Shown in pieces: positions 40,036 through 48,832 of a stretch of 64,000 nucleotides of DNA; the stretch's first letter is position 1, and every line of letters begins with the position of its first letter. The stretch comes from a virus, in the IMG/VR virus record IMGVR_UViG_3300027782_003601, positions 112,193-176,192 of that record. The stretch is one strand, 5' to 3'. The translations under genes and the position numbers were made by a program. The notes under the pieces were generated by a model that saw only the letters and a program-made list of their open reading frames with translations, was not told where the DNA came from and did no database searches.

Positions 40036-42765
40036 ATGGCTAAATCGGACAATCTTAATTCTAGATTACTTTCTTTGAAAGAAGAAACTGACCAACTGAA
40101 AGAAAATCAATTGCAGTTGAAAAAGTTATATGCGTTAGAAGATAAGATAACCAATACTCAATTCAAAAAAATAGAATCATTAGAAACTCAGAACAAAGAA
40201 TTAGAAAAATCTAAAAATAAATACGAAGTATTATTAAAATTACAAAAAGATAAGGCAAAAATATTAAAAGCTGAACTAAATGATTATGATGCTATTGATG
40301 CAAATTTAATTAGTATTGGCAATACTATAGGGAAAAATACAAAAGCATATCAGTTTCAAAAAGAAAAATTAGATAAAACAAAAGGTGTATTAGAAAGTAT
40401 TGGAATTGTTATAAGTAAGAATTCAAAAATTAGTAATAAGGATAAAGGCCAGATGGTAAAGGTCTTAAAAGCTTATAAACAAAACCAATCTTCAATTTTA
40501 GAAGCAAGTAAGTTAAAAATTAAAGGTAAAATAACTGAACAAGAGTATCTTAAAATTATTGAAGAATCTAGAAAAGCATATTCCGATGTAAGGTCTGAAA
40601 TTGAATTATCCGTTGATGCAAGTGAATTATTAGCACAAAACATTACTGATATGGATAATGAAATAAATTCATTTGCAAATTCGGCTAAAAAATCAGCATC
40701 GGTATTAAAAGGTTTTGAAAATTCAATAAATACAATAGCGGGTAGTGGTGTAGATGGTGTCAAAGAATTAGGAGATGTTTTAAAAATTGCCACTAATGGT
40801 GGAAAGGGGTTATCATTAGCATTGGGTGCATTAGCAGGTGTAGCCGCTGGTATGGCTTATAATTTTGGATTAATTGGTAATAAACTCGCTACAATAGCGG
40901 GATATGATTCAAAAATTGCCGGATTAACAGGAGAAATTGATGCAATAAATCAAAAAGTAAATATGGGTGTAAATGGTTTCGGAGAACGAAACTTTGTAAT
41001 GGAACAAGCAATGCTTGATTTTAATTCATCCGTACAACAAATGGGAGCTGCATTTAATGCAGCATCTAAAACGGCATTATTTGGTAATAAATTAGGTAGT
41101 GTTGGATATGGTGCTGCTCAATTACAATTAGCAGGAGTTAGTGCTGAAGAAATTTCAACTTCATTATCCGCTGCAAGTAATGTAATGGGTAAACGGTTAT
41201 CAAGTCAATTGGCTGCCGATATGGCAGTTATGTCAAAAAGAACAGGACAATCTGCTGAAAATCTTGCATCGGTTACAGAATACTTTATGAGAACGGATAA
41301 AGTAGGAGCAAAATCTGCAATTAATATGCAGGAAGGATTAAGAGCAATGGCGGATAGTGCTAAAGTTGATTTGGGCGGAGTAATGGAAGAGGTTGCAGAA
41401 GCATCAAAAGAAGCATTAGGATACCAAATTAAATCAGGTCCTGCATTAGCAAAACAAGTAATTTATGCAAAATCATTAGGTGTTTCATTTAATGATATAG
41501 CAAAAGCTGGTAAAAGTATGGTTTTGAACTATAAAGATAGTATCAAAAACGAAATGCAATTATCGGCAATGTTGGGTAGAAATGTAAATCTTTCAGAAGC
41601 CCGTTCTTTATTTGCACAAGGTAAAAACGATGAAGCATTAAAATCCATTCAAGCACAAGGTTTAGACCCTGCTAAAATGAATATGTTCCAACAAGAAGCA
41701 TTACAACAAGCGTTGGGTGGGTTGGACTTAAATTCAATACAGAAAGTTGCACAAAATCAAGCTAGAAGTGGAGGCAGTTTAACAGAAGGAAATGTAGGTA
41801 CTGGTAATAAAGAATTTTTATCTAGAGTAAAAGAAAGAGAGACTAGTTTAGCAGGAGCTAATGCTATGATTTCGGCAGCAACTGAATTACAAAGAATAGG
41901 ATTAAATGCTGCATCAGAACAACAAAAACAACAAGCTATTATAGATGATGTTGGGGGTATTGCAAAATTAATAAATGAAAGAGACCAACAAGGTTTTTTA
42001 AAGAATGCCGAAACAATGCTAACAACTGCTTTAATAAGTACTGTTGCAACTGTTGTTACAACTTTTTTAATGAATAAAGGTGGTGGGTTATTAAGTAAAT
42101 TTACAGGTAAAGGTATTGAAAAACCTCTTTCAAAAACGGCTGAAAAACCTCTTTTAAAAACGGCTGAAAAACCTCTTTCAAAAACGGCTGAAAAACAACT
42201 TACAAAACAAGCTGAAAAACAACTTGCAAAACAAGGTGGAAGAACCGCAGCAAAAGCTTTGGGAAAATCTTTACTTAAAAAAATACCATTTTTAGGACTT
42301 GGTATGGGTTTATTATTTGCAGGACAAAAAGCGCTTGCAGGCGATTTTACGGGTGCAGGATTGGAAGTGGCAAGTGGTGGGGCATCTATGATTCCTGGAT
42401 TTGGAACTGCTGCTTCTTTTGGAATAGATGCAGCAATTGCAGCTAGGGATATGGGAGCATTTGATAGTAAAAACCCAACTGCTACTGTTAAAAAACCAGG
42501 AACAGTTTCTGCAAAATCAGCTTCTGTGGTAGGAAAGTCATCATTAGTATTATCCGATGTTCAATATCAGACAAGATTACAAATGAAAATGGTTGAATTA
42601 CTTGGTACAAATGCTATATTATTACAATCAATTTTAGAAGAAACAGATAAAGATAAGAGTATTAAATTAAATGGAGTTAAATTAAATACCCAATTAATGT
42701 TTAATGCACGAAAGCAAATGGCAGTTTCAAGAAAAGAAGCAATAGGTACAAACGCATCTATGTAA
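40036..42765 (+). CDS. Tape measure protein
   Basis: 909 aa, helical and Ala/Gly-rich with hydrophobic segments; canonical position after tube and chaperones. Confidence 0.8.
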   Translation: MAKSDNLNSRLLSLKEETDQLKENQLQLKKLYALEDKITNTQFKKIESLETQNKELEKSKNKYEVLLKLQKDKAKILKAELNDYDAIDANLISIGNTIGKNTKAYQFQKEKLDKTKGVLESIGIVISKNSKISNKDKGQMVKVLKAYKQNQSSILEASKLKIKGKITEQEYLKIIEESRKAYSDVRSEIELSVDASELLAQNITDMDNEINSFANSAKKSASVLKGFENSINTIAGSGVDGVKELGDVLKIATNGGKGLSLALGALAGVAAGMAYNFGLIGNKLATIAGYDSKIAGLTGEIDAINQKVNMGVNGFGERNFVMEQAMLDFNSSVQQMGAAFNAASKTALFGNKLGSVGYGAAQLQLAGVSAEEISTSLSAASNVMGKRLSSQLAADMAVMSKRTGQSAENLASVTEYFMRTDKVGAKSAINMQEGLRAMADSAKVDLGGVMEEVAEASKEALGYQIKSGPALAKQVIYAKSLGVSFNDIAKAGKSMVLNYKDSIKNEMQLSAMLGRNVNLSEARSLFAQGKNDEALKSIQAQGLDPAKMNMFQQEALQQALGGLDLNSIQKVAQNQARSGGSLTEGNVGTGNKEFLSRVKERETSLAGANAMISAATELQRIGLNAASEQQKQQAIIDDVGGIAKLINERDQQGFLKNAETMLTTALISTVATVVTTFLMNKGGGLLSKFTGKGIEKPLSKTAEKPLLKTAEKPLSKTAEKQLTKQAEKQLAKQGGRTAAKALGKSLLKKIPFLGLGMGLLFAGQKALAGDFTGAGLEVASGGASMIPGFGTAASFGIDAAIAARDMGAFDSKNPTATVKKPGTVSAKSASVVGKSSLVLSDVQYQTRLQMKMVELLGTNAILLQSILEETDKDKSIKLNGVKLNTQLMFNARKQMAVSRKEAIGTNASM
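42118..42237 (+). repeat. 24-nt tandem repeat x5 (EKPLSKTA / EKQLTKQA)
   Basis: GAAAAACCTCTTTCAAAAACGGCT x3 (one mismatch) plus 2 diverged copies. Confidence 0.9.
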
Positions 42766-42809
42766 TAAATTTTAATAACTCATATTTATAGTAAATCAAT
42801 AAACTATAA

Positions 42810-44129
42810 ATGCCTACAATATTAGAACTTTTTAATTCTGGAAAAAAAGAATTATACGATAAAGAAATTATTCGTATAGAAAGTAAAGGATTAATTAATC
42901 CACCAAGAGTAGCAGCATTAGCAGCATCTTCTCCAAATACCCTTGCAGATTTAGTAGGTGGTCAATTAGCGGGAACAATTGGTGGAACTGCAAATAGACC
43001 TTCGGATACAATATTTAAAAAATATAATCCATTAGCTAAACCAATTACATTAACTGCCGCAACAACTGCTCAATTGCAAGATGTAGTTGAACCTGGTAAA
43101 GATTATGTGGTAAAACAAAACCCATCTCCGTCTTCAATTATAAATGATTTAGCAAAAGGAGGAGTATCGGCACAAAATGTTGTAACTAATTTGGCAATTC
43201 ATGATTTAAATAAATATGGAAATAAAAATGGTTTAAAAAAATTAGGAGATTCTTTAAAAAATAAAACTAATAATACCGTTTATACAAACATAAAACCATT
43301 TTCAACACATTTAAATGGAAAGCAAAGAGATAAAACACAATTAAAAACATGGGATATGTCAAATGAAGATTTGAACACTATTTCATATTTTGAAGATGAT
43401 AAGCAATTAAAAAATTGGATAAATGAAAATCGTTTTCAAAATCAAGTTACAATAACATTTCAAAAATATGGTAATAAAACAATAATTCCATTTGTAGGAG
43501 CAATAAGTGGAATAAGTGAAGATATACAACCTGAATGGAGTAATTTTAAATATGTAGGTTCACCATTTAAAACATATAGATATGGTGGAGTTGAACGTTC
43601 TGTAAAGTTTAATTTAAAATTATACTACATGGGAGTTGATGGAAAACAAACAATGGTTAAAAAAGTAAATTATCTTAAATCTTTAGCGTTTCCTGATAAT
43701 GAAATTTCTGAAATAACATATGGTACTAATCAACAATCAAATCAATACGCATTTTCACCAAATTTAGTATTATTTTCAATTGGTGATTTATATAAAAATA
43801 TGTTTGGATATATGGAAAGTTTATCAATTAGTATAGATGATAATACGGTTTGGTCAAATTTTAATCCAACAAATGAATCTCGTGGTGATAATGAATTATA
43901 TCCATCTGTAATTGATGCATCTATTGGAATAAAAATAATTGAAAATCACAAAACTGAAAAAGATGGAACTATTACTAAATACAAATATAATTTTGATGGT
44001 AGAGGTGATACTTTTATAAAAGAAGAAAAAAAACCAGGAAATCCATTTAATTCAGATGGTTCAATTAAAAATAAAGAAATTAAACAAACATCTGTAAATA
44101 TTACGCCACCTGTAATAAAATACCCATAA
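42810..44129 (+). CDS. Baseplate tube-initiator-like protein (gp48/gp54-like)
   Basis: W..FKYVG.....RYGGVERSVKFNL motif; follows the tape measure. Confidence 0.55.
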   Translation: MPTILELFNSGKKELYDKEIIRIESKGLINPPRVAALAASSPNTLADLVGGQLAGTIGGTANRPSDTIFKKYNPLAKPITLTAATTAQLQDVVEPGKDYVVKQNPSPSSIINDLAKGGVSAQNVVTNLAIHDLNKYGNKNGLKKLGDSLKNKTNNTVYTNIKPFSTHLNGKQRDKTQLKTWDMSNEDLNTISYFEDDKQLKNWINENRFQNQVTITFQKYGNKTIIPFVGAISGISEDIQPEWSNFKYVGSPFKTYRYGGVERSVKFNLKLYYMGVDGKQTMVKKVNYLKSLAFPDNEISEITYGTNQQSNQYAFSPNLVLFSIGDLYKNMFGYMESLSISIDDNTVWSNFNPTNESRGDNELYPSVIDASIGIKIIENHKTEKDGTITKYKYNFDGRGDTFIKEEKKPGNPFNSDGSIKNKEIKQTSVNITPPVIKYP

Positions 44130-44431
44130 TGGCAAGTAGATACCAATATACAACTCAATTAACAACATATAATACTAAAAGAAAGTATTTAAGTTCTGTT
44201 ATATATCCTAAAATACAACCAACGGATAATGATATGTATATAATATCTGAATCAAGTGATAGATTGGATATATTAGCAAGTAAATATTATGGTGATAAAT
44301 CTTATTGGTGGGTAATATCAATTGCAAATAATTTAAATGATGCATCATATCATATACAACCAGGTCTTCAATTAAGAATTCCATCCGATTTATCTACCAT
44401 TTTAAGAAATTTTGACAAATTAAATAAATAA
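44129..44431 (+). CDS. LysM-type baseplate protein (gp53/tail X-like)
   Basis: DRLDILASKYYGDKSYWWVISIANN...GLQLRIP. Confidence 0.8.
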   Translation: MASRYQYTTQLTTYNTKRKYLSSVIYPKIQPTDNDMYIISESSDRLDILASKYYGDKSYWWVISIANNLNDASYHIQPGLQLRIPSDLSTILRNFDKLNK

Positions 44432-44434
44432 GTT

Positions 44435-46702
44435 ATGTCAGTACCACATATAGAACCTCTTACAAAATGGGTTACAGATGAGTTAGATAGTAGAATTAAA
44501 AATCCAACTAATTTAATTAAAAGAATGCCATTTGTTATGCTTACATCTGCGGCAGTTGTAACAAAGCAAAAACAAACTCAAGAACAATTAAGAGAATCAT
44601 TTGTTAATAAAAACTATAATGGTGAATATTATGGGTGTGTTTTAGCAAATACAACCGATGTAAGTAGATTATATCAAATAGGTGAAAGTATAATTGGATA
44701 CGATTTAAAAGGTAAACCAATTAAAGTAATTGGTGAAACTAATAGAAAAACATCTGTACCATTAATTACTAGTTTAGAAATAGATACCGATGGTAATAAT
44801 AATACATTAAAAACTGCAACATTACAAATAAAAGTTTTTACATTAAAACAATTAGAAATGTTTGAATTGTTTTTTTTAAGACCAAGTATGCGAGTTTTGT
44901 TAGAATATGGTAGTAATTCTGATTTGGTTTCCGATAATACTCTTATTAAATCAAATATGTTTCCAAAAAATAATTATGATGATTTTATTCAACAATTTAC
45001 AGAATGGTTTTCACCACTGCCTAATGGTTGGAAAAAATCTAAAAAAAATTATTTAGAAAAATTAAAAGAAACAAAAGGAAATTATGATTATTGGGCTGGT
45101 CAAATTACTCAATTTTCATTTTCTATTGATGTAGATGGTACTTATAATGTTAGTTTAGAAGTTAGTGCAGGAAATGAATTAGTAACACAAATTCCTACCC
45201 AAGAAGCAAAGCCCGAAGGAAAGAAAAAAGCAAAAATTGAAAAAAATAATTATTTATCATATATTGCTAAAATAGAAGAAGATATTAACACTAAATTTGA
45301 TACATTTAAAAATAAAACAAAATGGGAAAAAGAATTTTTTAATTGGGATGCAGTAAATTTAGAAACAAAAGATAATGCAATATCAAAAGATGCATATATT
45401 TCATTTCGTTTAGCATTAGAAATTATAAATTCATTAAATACCGATGTTCATATTAGATATGGGACATACGATGGGGGTAAAGATATTATACCAATAACAT
45501 CTACCAAATATATCATGTCATCTTGGAAAGATTTTATTTTGCCTGGTGTTTTACCCAAAATAGAGGTAAATAAATTAACTGGAAAAATTGTAGTACAAAC
45601 TAAACCAATTAAAAAAAATGGTAAAGATGTATATGAGATTGTACCAAACGATTTAACTATATCTTCTACGATAAATGGGTACTCATTTAATGTAAGTGAT
45701 GAAAAAGATGCTATTAAAGATTATCAAATACCAACCGATGGAACTAATATAACTTTACCATATGTTGGAAATTTACTTAATGCATTTATAAAATATGATA
45801 CATTTGTAAAAATTCATAAAAATTCATTTACGGTTGCAGATGCAATAACTTCATTATTAGAAATGTTTAATTTACATATGTATGGATTATGTTATTTAGA
45901 ATTAGCATCCAGTGATGGAATTTTTTCAGATAGAAGTAAAGGGTTGACTATAATTGATAGAAAATTATTAAGAATAAAACCAAATACAAATGTTTATAGA
46001 TTTAAAGTTGGGGCAATAGATTCAATTGTTCGTAATTTTTCATTTAGTTTAGAAATGAGTACCCTAATGCAAGGCCAAGCATTATATTCATCTCAATTGG
46101 CAATTGCATCGGCAGGAAAAAAAATAGATGATTTAAAAGATAAAAATTTAAAATATCCAATGGAAGCATTTTCAAATGCAGATTTATCATATGCAAAAAA
46201 TGCAGATGGATATTATTCTATAAATTCAATTGAAGTTGAATTACAACATATATTGGCAAAAGAAAGAGAAGACAGAAATAAAGAACCAAATCCAACTGTT
46301 TCAACCGGAATTACTACAGATGATACAAACAAAGAAGAAAAAAATATTGTAGAAGAAGGAAAAAAAAATGAAGATATAATGAATGATAAATTCATTAGAT
46401 TTAAAATGTCAAAAAATGAAAAATCAAGTATTAATTTAATATATGAAGACCCACAATTATTACAATATCATTTACATAAACAAAGTGAACCAAATGCAGT
46501 TATGATTTCTCCCATAGAAATTACTCTATCAATTGATGGGTTAGCAGGAATAAGTTGTGGTCAATATTTTAATATAGATGGTGTTCCGGAAATATATAAT
46601 CAAAATGGAGTATTTCAAATTATGAATACAAAACAGGGAATTAATGAAGAAGGATGGTTAACTACTATAGTTGCAAATTGGCTACCAAAATATGAAATGT
46701 AA
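44435..46702 (+). CDS. Baseplate hub-like protein
   Basis: 755 aa after the LysM gene; C-terminal ITLSIDGLAGISCGQYF...GWLTTI typical of hub proteins. Confidence 0.55.
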   Translation: MSVPHIEPLTKWVTDELDSRIKNPTNLIKRMPFVMLTSAAVVTKQKQTQEQLRESFVNKNYNGEYYGCVLANTTDVSRLYQIGESIIGYDLKGKPIKVIGETNRKTSVPLITSLEIDTDGNNNTLKTATLQIKVFTLKQLEMFELFFLRPSMRVLLEYGSNSDLVSDNTLIKSNMFPKNNYDDFIQQFTEWFSPLPNGWKKSKKNYLEKLKETKGNYDYWAGQITQFSFSIDVDGTYNVSLEVSAGNELVTQIPTQEAKPEGKKKAKIEKNNYLSYIAKIEEDINTKFDTFKNKTKWEKEFFNWDAVNLETKDNAISKDAYISFRLALEIINSLNTDVHIRYGTYDGGKDIIPITSTKYIMSSWKDFILPGVLPKIEVNKLTGKIVVQTKPIKKNGKDVYEIVPNDLTISSTINGYSFNVSDEKDAIKDYQIPTDGTNITLPYVGNLLNAFIKYDTFVKIHKNSFTVADAITSLLEMFNLHMYGLCYLELASSDGIFSDRSKGLTIIDRKLLRIKPNTNVYRFKVGAIDSIVRNFSFSLEMSTLMQGQALYSSQLAIASAGKKIDDLKDKNLKYPMEAFSNADLSYAKNADGYYSINSIEVELQHILAKEREDRNKEPNPTVSTGITTDDTNKEEKNIVEEGKKNEDIMNDKFIRFKMSKNEKSSINLIYEDPQLLQYHLHKQSEPNAVMISPIEITLSIDGLAGISCGQYFNIDGVPEIYNQNGVFQIMNTKQGINEEGWLTTIVANWLPKYEM

Positions 46703-47076
46703 TGTACGCAGATTTAATTAAAAATAAAAAATTACCATCATTAAATATACCACAGACGATTGTACCATCGCCAACGGAAAATGATTATGCAAAAGGTTTT
46801 ATAGAAAGATTTTTTACTCAAAAAGCAAATGATATAAACGGGTTTGTTTATGAAATAGACCAAAAAACTTATATAAAATTATTAAAAAATCCATATTGGA
46901 TATCTGAAAGTATTTATTGGAGAATAACTGGTCCTTTGGATATGGTATATAATGATAATGGTATGGTTATTGATAAAGGAGTATTTAATGGAAATACCGC
47001 ATCTATAAGATTGGGTGCAGAAAAAATAAAGAATTTAGGGTTATATCTACTTAACATTTTACAATTTCATAAATAA
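46702..47076 (+). CDS. Hypothetical protein
   Basis: 124 aa, TAATG-coupled; PTENDY.KGFIERFF and WRITGP. Confidence 0.55.
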   Translation: MYADLIKNKKLPSLNIPQTIVPSPTENDYAKGFIERFFTQKANDINGFVYEIDQKTYIKLLKNPYWISESIYWRITGPLDMVYNDNGMVIDKGVFNGNTASIRLGAEKIKNLGLYLLNILQFHK

Positions 47077-47078
47077 AT

Positions 47079-47109
47079 TTTGAAATGTAAATTATTTTTT
47101 GTATCTTTG
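47079..47109 (+). promoter_or_regulatory. Bacteroidota-type sigma-A promoter
   Basis: TTTG (47079-82), 19-nt spacer, TATCTTTG (47102-09). Confidence 0.75.
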
Positions 47110-47114
47110 TAGAT

Positions 47115-48374
47115 ATGAATATAATTGAGAAAGATAAAGATTTACACCTATTAAATCCAAAGGAGATTTTACTGATAGTTCCTGTATGGAGTTCTCAAAG
47201 GGGGCATCAATCAATGTTTCCAATTTCATTTGTATATATAAAAACCAAAGATACGGATTTTATTTTAAATTTCCAACACATAGATGCAGATTCCGTTACT
47301 CCATTTCCAATATCCAAACTCTGCAATCCAAATACATTAGTATTAGGAAACCGATATATCCAATCAATCGGACTTGATTATGAGTGGGTATACTTTGAAT
47401 CAGTAGGTAAACCATTTGTATTTAATGATTTTGCAGAAACTCTTTTTAAAGGGTATAGAAACGATTATCTTTTTAACAACGATTGTATTCCTCTTATGAA
47501 GTGGTACGAACTCTTAAAATTAATACCTGAAGGTTTTGAGATAAAGAATTGGTATCGTAAGTATTCAGATTCAATCTCCTTATTAGGAAAAGTGGAAGGG
47601 GCGGGGGTTGCAGTTGAAGTGGAAAATTTTATTGATAGATTTAGCTTCAATTCCCACTACATCAATGAGGGTAAGGTACACACACAATACAATCCATATA
47701 CCATTACGGGTAGACCATCTAATAGACATTTAAACGTAAACTACTCTGCTCTTCCTAAAGGTGATGGGAGTAGGGGAACTATCATTAGTAGGTGGAGTTT
47801 TGGGAGTTTAATTGGATTTGATTATGAATCGTATCATATCCGTTTGATTGCGGGGTTGATAGGGTATAAGTTTCCAACGGGTATATCTGCTCACCAATAT
47901 CTTGCAAACCATTATGGGTGTGATTACGAAACCTCAAAGGGATTAACCTTTAAGTATTTGTATGGGGGGTTGGATGAATTTGCAAGAGGGATACCATTCT
48001 TTCAAAAAGTAGATTCATATATAGAAAGTTTGTATCAACGGTATGTAATTTCGGGTAAGTTAACGACACCTCTATTTAAAAGAGAAATCCAACATAACCG
48101 AATTGAATCACCTAATCAACAAAAAATATTTAACTATCTTCTACAAGCATTAGAAACTGAAATAAACTATATGAAGATGGTAGAGATGTTAGAATTTATG
48201 AGTGGGATGAAATCAAAAATTGTTTTATATACTTATGATGCATTCTTAATCGACACTCACCCATCGGAGAGGGAAAGGATTTTGAACCTCCTACCGACCA
48301 TTATAGAAAAAGGTGGATTCCCCGTTAAAGTAGAGGAAGGAAAGAATTATGATAATTTAGTTCATTTACAATAA
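47115..48374 (+). CDS. Atypical short family-A DNA polymerase-like protein
   Basis: TGRPSN, motif A FDYESYHIR, motif B KGLTFKYLYGG, NYLLQ, motif C YTYDAF; only 419 aa. Confidence 0.8.
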   Translation: MNIIEKDKDLHLLNPKEILLIVPVWSSQRGHQSMFPISFVYIKTKDTDFILNFQHIDADSVTPFPISKLCNPNTLVLGNRYIQSIGLDYEWVYFESVGKPFVFNDFAETLFKGYRNDYLFNNDCIPLMKWYELLKLIPEGFEIKNWYRKYSDSISLLGKVEGAGVAVEVENFIDRFSFNSHYINEGKVHTQYNPYTITGRPSNRHLNVNYSALPKGDGSRGTIISRWSFGSLIGFDYESYHIRLIAGLIGYKFPTGISAHQYLANHYGCDYETSKGLTFKYLYGGLDEFARGIPFFQKVDSYIESLYQRYVISGKLTTPLFKREIQHNRIESPNQQKIFNYLLQALETEINYMKMVEMLEFMSGMKSKIVLYTYDAFLIDTHPSERERILNLLPTIIEKGGFPVKVEEGKNYDNLVHLQ

Positions 48375-48418
48375 AATTTATATTTATACAATATACAGAA
48401 ATACAAACATATAAAGGT

Positions 48419-48832
48419 ATGAAAAAAACTATATTGAAAGAAATTAAAGAAATGAATAAAATTGCAGGTACTAAAATGACCAAAGAGCAAGAAATTTCTT
48501 TTATTAAAAATCGTTTAAATGAATTAGAATTTAATTCTCAAAAAGAATTAGATGATTATAAAAAAAATCATAAAGTAAGACCTGGAACTAAATTAACAGT
48601 AGCACCTTTAACAAAAAGAATAGGTAATGCAGTTTCCAAAGGAACGGAAAAAGCTGCCGATGCTATTGGTAAAGTAATCTATACAACTAAATTAGGTAAT
48701 TCTACTATGAAAGGAGCACTTCGTATAGGAAACAAAGTTGCTAATAAATTAGGATTGGGTGGTATGACTGACAAAGAAAGTGATGCAGAAGTAGATGCAT
48801 GGAAAAGAATTTATAGTAAAAAGAAAAAATAA
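48419..48832 (+). CDS. Basic hypothetical protein, putative internal virion protein
   Basis: Late motif at 48380; N-terminal ILKEIKEMNKIAG resembles the scaffold C-terminus KKLAG; internal LNE. Confidence 0.5.
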   Translation: MKKTILKEIKEMNKIAGTKMTKEQEISFIKNRLNELEFNSQKELDDYKKNHKVRPGTKLTVAPLTKRIGNAVSKGTEKAADAIGKVIYTTKLGNSTMKGALRIGNKVANKLGLGGMTDKESDAEVDAWKRIYSKKKK

